Below, piece by piece: positions 56,844 through 64,000 of a DNA stretch of 64,000 nucleotides. The DNA comes from an uncultured Holophagales bacterium (lineage in GTDB: Bacteria > Acidobacteriota > Thermoanaerobaculia > Multivoradales > UBA5704), in NCBI GenBank assembly GCA_963842525.1, contig CAWJGT010000025.1, positions 256,001-320,000 of the forward strand, given 5' to 3'. Made by a program: the position numbers and the translations under genes. Positions within the stretch are counted from its first letter, which is position 1, and every line of letters starts with the position of its first letter. The notes beneath the pieces were generated by a model. That model saw only the letters and a program-made list of their open reading frames with translations, ran no database searches and was not told where the DNA came from.

Positions 56844-58967
56844 TCACTTGAGATACCCCAGGGCCCGCAGCTTGGTGATGTGGTTCCACTCCAGGTAGGT
56901 GGCGCCCAGGGCCTCGTCGCCGGGGACGAAGCGGGAGCGGGCCTTGCGCCTCTCCGCCAGCTCCCGCTGTCCGACGGCGCGCAGGGTGGCGACGAGGTCG
57001 GGCCGGCTCGCGGCCAGATTCCTCGTCTCCCCGGGGTCGCGCGCCAGGTCGTAGAGCTCCACGATGCGGGACGGGTCTTCCAGGACGACGAGCTTCCACG
57101 GGCCGCGGCGGATCGACCAGCGCGGGGCGCCGTGCAGGATGAATCCGGCGAGCAGGTTCGGCCGGGAGGTGGGAGGTGAGCCGTCGAGGCGCGGCGCGAG
57201 GTCCGTCCCCTGGCTCGGCGGCGGCTGGACGCCCACCAGGCCGAGCAGGGTCGGGAAGAGGTCGGGGAGCTGGGCCGGCCCGCGCACCACCGCCGGCCCG
57301 CGGCCGGGCACCCGTAGAAGGGCCGGCACGTGCACGAGCTCCTGGTAGAGGGTGTGGCCGTGGTCGGCGTTCGGCTCGTAGCCCATGGCCCGCTCCGCCT
57401 CCAGGCGGGTCCAGAATTCCTCGCCGTGATCGCTCACCACGGCCACCACGGTGTCATCGTCCAGGCCCAGGTCCCGGAGGCCGTCCAGGAAACGGCCCAC
57501 CTGGCGGTCGGTGTAGGCGACCTCAGCGCGGTAGAGCGCCTCGTGCCAGCGGCGGTCCTCGGGGGGCGGGATCGGCAGCTCGGGCCGGCGGTCCGCCTTG
57601 CAACCGAGACGGCCCCGGTAGCCCGGAAGGATGCGGCGTGCCACCCGCTCGCAGTCTCCGGCCGGCGGCTCGTACGGGTTGTGCGGGTCGAAGAGGTGGA
57701 GATAGAGGAAGAAACGGCGGTCCGGCGCGACGCGGCGCAGGTCGGCGAGGGCGCGGTCGACCAGGACCCCGGCCCGCTCCTCGATCGAGGTGTACTCGTC
57801 GAACCCCTGCTGCAGGCCAAAAGCCGGGTTGACGTAGATGTTGTGGTAGACCCCCAGGTTGTAGAACCCGGCATCGCGCAGCACCTCGGCCATCGTCAGC
57901 GCCCCCCCGGTCAGGCCGGAGGGCGCGAACTCGCCGCTGCGGATGCCGGCGCCGTGCGTCTGCGGCTGGAGGCCGGTCATCAGGGAGGAGACGCTGGGGA
58001 GCGTCCAGGGCGAGGGGGCGAGCATCTCCTCGAAGCGGACCGCCTCGCGGGCCAGCCCGTCGAGGCGCGGCGTGAGCCCCTCCCGGTTTCCATAGACGCC
58101 CAACAGGTCGGCCCGGAGGGTGTCGATCAGCACCACGACCAGGTTCTTCCCCTGCGGGCGGCCGGGAGTCACGACCACCGGATCGCCCCAGAGAGCGGCC
58201 CCCTCGGGCAGGGTCCGGCCGCGGCGCGAGGCCTCGACCTCCAGGGAGAGCCAACCGCCGCCGGACGGCAGGACCTTGCGGACCGGGTGCCACTGCTGGC
58301 CCTTGCCGGTCCCCTCGATCACCCGCTCCAGCCAGAGCGTCCTGCGGCCCCCGTCCTGGTGCCAGGCACGGAACACGGCCCGGACGCCCGGATGGTCGTG
58401 CTCCGGGATCAGGCCGAGGTGCGCCTCCAGGATCGAGCCGCGCGGCAGGTCGCGGGGAAGGGGGATGTCCATGCGCGAGAGGCCGGCCAGCGACGGGCGG
58501 GTCGTGCCGCCGAGCGACATCGAGCGGTACGGTTCGGTAGGAGGGTCGCCGGAGAGCTCGAGCAGCTCTAGCGTCCCGCGGTCCACGGCCAGGCGCAGGA
58601 CCTCGATCCGCCCCGACCAGTACGGCTCCCGCTGGAGGTCGATCTCGTAGGTGTGCTCCTGGCCGTCCGGGACCAGCGGGAAGCTCAGGGTGCGGAAGGC
58701 CGGAAAGCCGCGGTCCCAGTCGAGCTTCCAGGAGAGCGTCGCGAGCCGGGCATCCCCCCGTGCCCGCAGCCGCAGCCGGGCCACGAGAGCGGCCGTCAGG
58801 CGCGGCTTGACGCGATAGGGGAGCGCCGCCGAGGCCTTGCCCCTGGGCAGGGACACCATCTCGGCGCTCCCGACGTCCAGCAGCGATCCCAGACGGACCA
58901 GCCGCCGGGGGGAGCCGTCGCAGGCGAGGAGGACGAGGAGGCCGATGAAGAGGATGGGCTTCTTCAC
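56844..58967 (-). CDS. Sulfatase-like (alkaline phosphatase superfamily) protein
   Basis: IDTLRAD, SPWTLPS, DPHNPY, SDHGEEF, LRALGY; GTG start overlaps the mnmA stop. Confidence 0.85.
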   Translation of the reverse strand: MKKPILFIGLLVLLACDGSPRRLVRLGSLLDVGSAEMVSLPRGKASAALPYRVKPRLTAALVARLRLRARGDARLATLSWKLDWDRGFPAFRTLSFPLVPDGQEHTYEIDLQREPYWSGRIEVLRLAVDRGTLELLELSGDPPTEPYRSMSLGGTTRPSLAGLSRMDIPLPRDLPRGSILEAHLGLIPEHDHPGVRAVFRAWHQDGGRRTLWLERVIEGTGKGQQWHPVRKVLPSGGGWLSLEVEASRRGRTLPEGAALWGDPVVVTPGRPQGKNLVVVLIDTLRADLLGVYGNREGLTPRLDGLAREAVRFEEMLAPSPWTLPSVSSLMTGLQPQTHGAGIRSGEFAPSGLTGGALTMAEVLRDAGFYNLGVYHNIYVNPAFGLQQGFDEYTSIEERAGVLVDRALADLRRVAPDRRFFLYLHLFDPHNPYEPPAGDCERVARRILPGYRGRLGCKADRRPELPIPPPEDRRWHEALYRAEVAYTDRQVGRFLDGLRDLGLDDDTVVAVVSDHGEEFWTRLEAERAMGYEPNADHGHTLYQELVHVPALLRVPGRGPAVVRGPAQLPDLFPTLLGLVGVQPPPSQGTDLAPRLDGSPPTSRPNLLAGFILHGAPRWSIRRGPWKLVVLEDPSRIVELYDLARDPGETRNLAASRPDLVATLRAVGQRELAERRKARSRFVPGDEALGATYLEWNHITKLRALGYLK

Positions 58968-60055
58968 ATCCGCCCCTGGATCCAGCAGCCGCCCAGGACT
59001 CTCGTCCCGCGATAGAAGACGGCGGCTTGACCCGGGGTGATACCCCGCTGCGGCGCGGCGAATTCGACCGCCGCCCGGCCCTCGCCCAACGCCCGGATGC
59101 GGGCAGCCACCCCGGGGTGCCGGGACCGGATGCGGACCACCGCCTCGACGTCCCCTTCCGGCGCCGGACCGATCCAGTGGAGGCGTTCGCCCACGAGGCC
59201 GGGCGCCAGCAGCTCCTCGGCCGCGCCCACCACGACCCGGTTCTCCTCCGGCTCGATGGCGAGGACGAAGAGCGGGCTCTTCGCCGCCAGGCCGAGGCCG
59301 CGGCGCTGCCCCACGGTGTAGCGGTAGTAGGGCTGGCCTGCGCCGAGCTCGCGGCCCGCCGGGTCGACCAGCCGCGCCGGGGCGGCCGGGGCCGCGCCCG
59401 CGAAGCGGTCCGGATGCTCGGCGACCTGTGCTTCGACGAACTCGCGGATCCCGCCGGAGACGAAGCAGACCTCCATGCTCTCGCCCTTCTCCGCCACCAC
59501 CAGCCCGGCCTGGCGGGCGATCTCCCGCACCTCCGGCTTGGTCATGCCGCCCAACGGGAAAAGGCTCGCCGCGAGCTGCTCTTGGCTCAGCTCGAAGAGG
59601 TAGTAGCTCTGGTCCTTGTCCTCGTCGAGGGCGGTGTGGAGCTCGGGCCCGTCGGGGCCCTCCACGATCCGCGCATAGTGCCCGGTGGCGATGCGCTCCG
59701 CCCCCAGCGACCGCGCCTTCTCGAGCAGCAGGTCGAACTTGATCCAGGTGTTGCAGCGCACGCAGGGACTGGGCGTACGGCCGGCCAGGTAGTCCTGCAC
59801 GAAAGGATCGACCACCTGCCGGCGGAACTCCTCGTCCATGCGCAGGGTGTAGTGCGGGATGCCCGCCTGCTGCGCCACCCGCTTCGCGTCGCCCAGGTCG
59901 AGCGCGCCGCAGCAGCGGCCGTGGGCCTCCTCCTCCGAGCGGTCCCAAAGGAGCATGGAGAGGCCGACCACCGGCCCCCCGCCGCGCGCCAGGAGCCAGG
60001 CGGTAACCGACGAGTCGAGGCCGCCGCTCATGGCGACCGCCGTCAAGCCGCTCAT
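58964..60055 (-). CDS. mnmA: tRNA 2-thiouridine(34) synthase MnmA
   Basis: AMSGGLDSS, TPSPCVRCN, ATGHYAR, KDQSYYL, YTVGQRRGL, TPGQAAVFY. Confidence 0.97.
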   Translation of the reverse strand: MSGLTAVAMSGGLDSSVTAWLLARGGGPVVGLSMLLWDRSEEEAHGRCCGALDLGDAKRVAQQAGIPHYTLRMDEEFRRQVVDPFVQDYLAGRTPSPCVRCNTWIKFDLLLEKARSLGAERIATGHYARIVEGPDGPELHTALDEDKDQSYYLFELSQEQLAASLFPLGGMTKPEVREIARQAGLVVAEKGESMEVCFVSGGIREFVEAQVAEHPDRFAGAAPAAPARLVDPAGRELGAGQPYYRYTVGQRRGLGLAAKSPLFVLAIEPEENRVVVGAAEELLAPGLVGERLHWIGPAPEGDVEAVVRIRSRHPGVAARIRALGEGRAAVEFAAPQRGITPGQAAVFYRGTRVLGGCWIQGRM

Positions 60056-61230
60056 CGCGCCTCCACAGGAACGGCGAGCGGCGAGAGCCGGCGCAGCTCG
60101 GCCACCTCGCGGGCCAGGGCGGCAAGGAAGAGGTCGACCTCCTCGGGCCGGTTCTCCATGCCGAAGCTCACCCGCAGGGACGACAGCGCCTCCTCGGGCG
60201 AGAGGCCCATGGCGAGCAGGGTTTTGCTCGGCTCGACGCGGCCCGACGAGCAGGCCGAGCCGGTGGAGACCGCGAAGCCGGCGAGGTCGAGCCGGATCAG
60301 CAGCGACTCCCCTTCGACGCCGGGGAAGGCCACGTGCGAGGTGTTGGGGAGGCGCGGCGCGGCGGCGCAGTGAACGACCGCGCCGGGGACCCGCAGGGGC
60401 AGCTCCGCCTCGAAGCGGTCGCGCAGGCCGGCGAGGTGCGCGCGGCGCGCGGCCAGCTCCTCGCGGGCCGCCGCAGCAGCAGCGCCGAAGCCGGCGAGGG
60501 CCGGCACGTTCTCGGTGCTCGCCCGCCGCCGCCGCTCCTGGCTGCCGCCGACGAGCAGGCCCGAGATCCCGGCCCCCTTGCGCACCCAGACCGCCGCCGC
60601 CCCCAGAGGGCCGTGGAGCTTGTGCGCTCCCAGGGTCAGGTAGTCGACCCCCAGAGCATGGACGTCCACCGGGATCTTGCCGGCCGCCTGCACGGCGTCG
60701 CAAAGGATCGGAATGCCTCGCGCACGGCAGGCGGCGGCCACCTCGGCGACCGGCTGGAGGGTGCCGAGCTCGTTGTTGGCGAGCATCAGGCAGACCAGGA
60801 CCGTGTCGGGCCGCAGGGCGCCCGTCACGGCCGCGGCGGGGACGACACCGTCCGCTCCGGGAGACACTCTCGTCACCTCGAAGCCGCTTTCCTGCTCCAG
60901 CCGCGCCGCCGCCTCCCGCACGGATGGATGCTCGATGGCGGAGATCACCAGGTGCCCCTGGCCCGTGTTTCGCGCCAGGCGCGCCAGGTGGAAAACCACC
61001 GCGTTGTTGGCTTCTGTGCCCGAGGCGGTGAAAACGACCTCGGGCGGGCGGGCGCCGAGGAGGGCCGCAACCTGCTCGCGCGCCTCCTCCATCGCGTTGC
61101 GCGCGGCCTGGCCGAAGCGGTGCAGCGACGAGGGGTTGCCATGCTGCTCTCCCAGCCAGGGGAGCATCGCCGCCCGGGCCCGGGGGTGGAGCGGCGTCGT
61201 CGCGTTGTTGTCCAGGTACACGAAGCCCAT
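60052..61230 (-). CDS. iscS: Cysteine desulfurase (IscS/NifS family)
   Basis: YLDNNATT, GNPSSLH, ANNELG, DAVQ, AHKLHGP, STGSACSS. Confidence 0.93.
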   Translation of the reverse strand: MGFVYLDNNATTPLHPRARAAMLPWLGEQHGNPSSLHRFGQAARNAMEEAREQVAALLGARPPEVVFTASGTEANNAVVFHLARLARNTGQGHLVISAIEHPSVREAAARLEQESGFEVTRVSPGADGVVPAAAVTGALRPDTVLVCLMLANNELGTLQPVAEVAAACRARGIPILCDAVQAAGKIPVDVHALGVDYLTLGAHKLHGPLGAAAVWVRKGAGISGLLVGGSQERRRRASTENVPALAGFGAAAAAAREELAARRAHLAGLRDRFEAELPLRVPGAVVHCAAAPRLPNTSHVAFPGVEGESLLIRLDLAGFAVSTGSACSSGRVEPSKTLLAMGLSPEEALSSLRVSFGMENRPEEVDLFLAALAREVAELRRLSPLAVPVEAR

Positions 61231-61367
61231 AAGCGAGCTATTGTAACGGGAGCGGTCTTCCCTTTCTTCCGGTGTCTCCGGCATGGGGAGAGGGGAGGCA
61301 TGGGAGTTGAATACCATGGGGCCCGTCCGGGGCTGAGCCTCGGACGTTGTCCTCTAGAGGTGAGAGC

Positions 61368-63932
61368 ATGCGCGCAACCCGAGCCCTGAAGGCGGCGCTT
61401 TCCCGCAGAGCGTCCCTCTGTGTCGTCGCATCCCTCCTGATCCCCGCCCTCCTGTACCCCGCTCCCGCGGCGGCCGAACGGCAGTCGCGCGAAGAGAAGA
61501 AGGAACAGAAGGAGGCCATCGCCAAGCTGCCGGAGAAGTACCGGCTGTGGCTGGAGGAGGTGGACGTCCTGATCACCGCCGAGGAGCGCAAGGCGTTCCT
61601 CGCCCTGGAGAAGGACTACCAGCGCGACGCCTTCATCAAGCGCTTCTGGGAGGTGCGGGACAAGTACAAGGCCACGGCGCGCAACGAGTTCCACGACCGC
61701 TGGAGCGCCCTGGTGGAAGAGGTGCGCAGCCGCTTCGGCGACCTCACCGACGAACGCGCCCGCATCATGCTGCTCAACGGCTTTCCCACCGTCGTGTTCA
61801 CCTCCTCCTGCACGCAGATCCTCTGGCCGATCGAGGCCTGGTACTACAACGGCAGCGACCAGCTCAGGGAAGACTTCCTGGTCATCTTCTACCGCCGGTG
61901 GGGGCTGGGGCCGTTCCGCATCTGGAACCCCTTGGAGGGGCTCGAGGTCCTCTTCTCGGACACCGGTGCGGGCATGGGCGCCCGGGCCCCCTCCCTCGAG
62001 CAGATCGCCAACAGTTGCCGCGACGGCGACAAGCTCGCCGGCGCCATCGGCTGGGTGCTCAACCAGCGCATGGGTTATTCGATGATCCAGGCGCGGATCG
62101 AATCGGCCGGCAAGGGCCCCGGCGGCGAGTGGGTCGCCTCCTTCGGCTCCTATTCGACGGACATCCCCGAGGGGGCTCCGGCCCTCCCGGCCAAGATGGA
62201 CGTCGAGTTCCCGGGCCGCCACCAGAACCGCACGGTCCTCCAGGGCATCCTCACGGTGCAGGCGGCGGACGCCGGCCAGGTGAAGCTCGCCGACCACCGC
62301 TCCTACAACTTCCTGGTGACCGGCGAGATCCTCCAGGACGGGCAGCTCTTCGACAACTTCCGCTACAAGTTCGACTTTCCCGGCACCGAGGCGCCCGGCA
62401 CCCAGCTCCCGCTCCTCTTCCAGCGCTATGTGCGGCCGGGCGAGTACACCCTGGTGGTCAAGCTGGAGGACGTCAACTCGGGCAAGCTCTTCCGCGCCGA
62501 GCGCGCCCTCACGGTCCCCACCGCCGACAAGGAGCTGCCGCCGCCAACCCCCGACGATCCCGAGACCGCGCAGCTGCTGGCCGAGGCCAACGCCGCCATC
62601 GCCAATGGCGAGACGACGGTGAAGATCATCCGCCCTCCGGGCGACCTGAAGACCGGCATGCAGCGCTTCGACACCCTGGCGACCGGCGACATCGCGAGCG
62701 TGACCTTCGCGCTCGAGGGCAAGCCGGTCCTCACCAAGAAGAAGCCGCCGTACAGCGTCGAGCTGGACCTGGGCTCGCTGCCGCGCCCCCGCCGGTTGAC
62801 CGTCACCGCCTTCGACCAGACCGGCGCCGAGATCGCCGGCGACGAGATGCTGGTCAACTCCACCGGCCACCGCTTCCGGGCACGGCTGGTCGATCCGCAA
62901 CAGGGCAAGACCTACGACAGCAGCCTGCTCGCCCGCGCCGACGTGGAGGCCCCCGAGGGCGAGGCGATCGAGCGGGTCGAATTCTTCGTCAACGACACCC
63001 GGGTCGCCACCCTCTTCCAGCCGCCCTGGGAGCAGCCGCTCGTGCTGCCCAAGGACCAGCAGATCGCCTACGTCCGGGTGGCGGCCTTCCTCACCGACGG
63101 CAACTCCACCGAGGACCTGGTCTTCGTCAACGCGCCGGAGTATCTGGAGAACCTCGACGTCGACATGGTCGAGCTCTACACCACGGTGCTCGACCGCCGG
63201 GGGCGCCCGGTCCAGGGCCTGGAGCAGAAGGACTTCGCGGTCGCCGAGGACGGCGCCCGCCAGGAGATCGCCCGCTTCGAGCAGGTAACCGACCTGCCGA
63301 TCCACGCCACCGTGGCCCTCGACGTCTCGGCCTCCATGACCGACAACCTCGAGCAGGCACGCGATGCGGCCCTCCAGTTCCTCCAGAAGTCGATCCGGCC
63401 CAAGGACCGGGCCGCGATCGTCACCTTCAACGACCGGCCGAACCTGGCGGTGAAGTTCACCAAGGACGTGACCACCCTGGCCGGCGGGCTCGCCGGCCTC
63501 AAGGCCGAGCGCGGCACCGCGCTCTACGATACCGTAGTTTTCTCTCTGTACTACTTCAACGGCATCAAGGGGCAGCGCACCCTGCTCCTGCTCTCCGACG
63601 GCAAGGACGAGGGGAGCCGCTTCACCTTCGACGATGCCATGGAGTACGCCCGCCGGGCCGGCGTCACGATCTACGCGATCGGCCTCGGCAAGGACGCGGA
63701 CAAGAAGAAGCTGGAGAAGATCGCCGAGGAGACGGGCGGGCGGTCCTTCTTCCCCGCCACCACCGCCGAGCTGGGCGGCATCTATGCCACGATCGAGCAG
63801 GAGCTGCGCTCGCAGTATCTGGTCGCCTACCAGTCGACCAACACGAGCGGCGCCACCGAGTTCCGCTCCGTGGACCTCAAGATCTTGCAGTCCGGGATGG
63901 AGGCCAAGACGATGCGGGGCTATTACCCGTGA
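61368..63932 (+). CDS. GWxTD-domain + VWA-domain protein
   Basis: FIKRFWEVRD...NEFHDRW...TDERARIMLLNGFP; MIDAS DVSAS, GTALYD, LSDGKD, ELRSQY. Confidence 0.88.
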   Translation: MRATRALKAALSRRASLCVVASLLIPALLYPAPAAAERQSREEKKEQKEAIAKLPEKYRLWLEEVDVLITAEERKAFLALEKDYQRDAFIKRFWEVRDKYKATARNEFHDRWSALVEEVRSRFGDLTDERARIMLLNGFPTVVFTSSCTQILWPIEAWYYNGSDQLREDFLVIFYRRWGLGPFRIWNPLEGLEVLFSDTGAGMGARAPSLEQIANSCRDGDKLAGAIGWVLNQRMGYSMIQARIESAGKGPGGEWVASFGSYSTDIPEGAPALPAKMDVEFPGRHQNRTVLQGILTVQAADAGQVKLADHRSYNFLVTGEILQDGQLFDNFRYKFDFPGTEAPGTQLPLLFQRYVRPGEYTLVVKLEDVNSGKLFRAERALTVPTADKELPPPTPDDPETAQLLAEANAAIANGETTVKIIRPPGDLKTGMQRFDTLATGDIASVTFALEGKPVLTKKKPPYSVELDLGSLPRPRRLTVTAFDQTGAEIAGDEMLVNSTGHRFRARLVDPQQGKTYDSSLLARADVEAPEGEAIERVEFFVNDTRVATLFQPPWEQPLVLPKDQQIAYVRVAAFLTDGNSTEDLVFVNAPEYLENLDVDMVELYTTVLDRRGRPVQGLEQKDFAVAEDGARQEIARFEQVTDLPIHATVALDVSASMTDNLEQARDAALQFLQKSIRPKDRAAIVTFNDRPNLAVKFTKDVTTLAGGLAGLKAERGTALYDTVVFSLYYFNGIKGQRTLLLLSDGKDEGSRFTFDDAMEYARRAGVTIYAIGLGKDADKKKLEKIAEETGGRSFFPATTAELGGIYATIEQELRSQYLVAYQSTNTSGATEFRSVDLKILQSGMEAKTMRGYYP

Positions 63933-63990
63933 CCTCACCCCCTGTCCCCCTCTCCCATCGCCCCCCCTTCCCCCGGGAGAGGGGGGACGT
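63933..63990. repeat. REP-like hairpin after the last gene
   Basis: GTCCCCCTCTCCC ... GGGAGAGGGGGGAC inverted pair. Confidence 0.55.
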
Positions 63991-64000
63991 AGTTGTGGCC

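Noticed and set aside
56844-60125. Apparent 1093-aa sulfatase fusion
   Set aside because: The N-terminal part is an off-frame read through mnmA; the real start is GTG 58967

Overview
High-GC bacterial chromosome segment. A GWxTD-VWA protein, an Oar-like TonB-dependent receptor and a split cytochrome b with a large multiheme cytochrome c suggest Acidobacteriota, possibly Thermoanaerobaculia (inference). It opens with the last codons of ftsZ, followed by a roughly 17-kb accessory island. The island holds duplicated and partly deleted toxin-antitoxin modules and AlbA_2/HATPase gene fragments. It also carries an AT-richer graspetide (ATP-grasp RiPP) cassette with two tandem precursors and a coupled membrane protein, and a candidate peptide-signalling module (XRE regulator, decayed helical/TPR-like protein, secreted peptide ending DPNGG). 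Two secreted paralogs with Cys-rich tails are separated by a complete IS66 (14-bp IRs, 8-bp TSD). The middle contains a candidate ~200-nt structured ncRNA and an Os1348-like peptide/TolC/RND/DUF1579/MATE/YciI block carrying two ECF42-type promoters. It also has more TA pairs, a PBP1A with an unusual C-terminal extension, and a TonB receptor with a sigma54/IHF promoter. The right end holds a Rieske/cytochrome b/octaheme operon, a sulfatase-like gene, mnmA, iscS and GWxTD-VWA. Two intergenic palindromic arrays with a 20-21-nt period are unexplained. All calls come from reading the sequence; no database searches were run.
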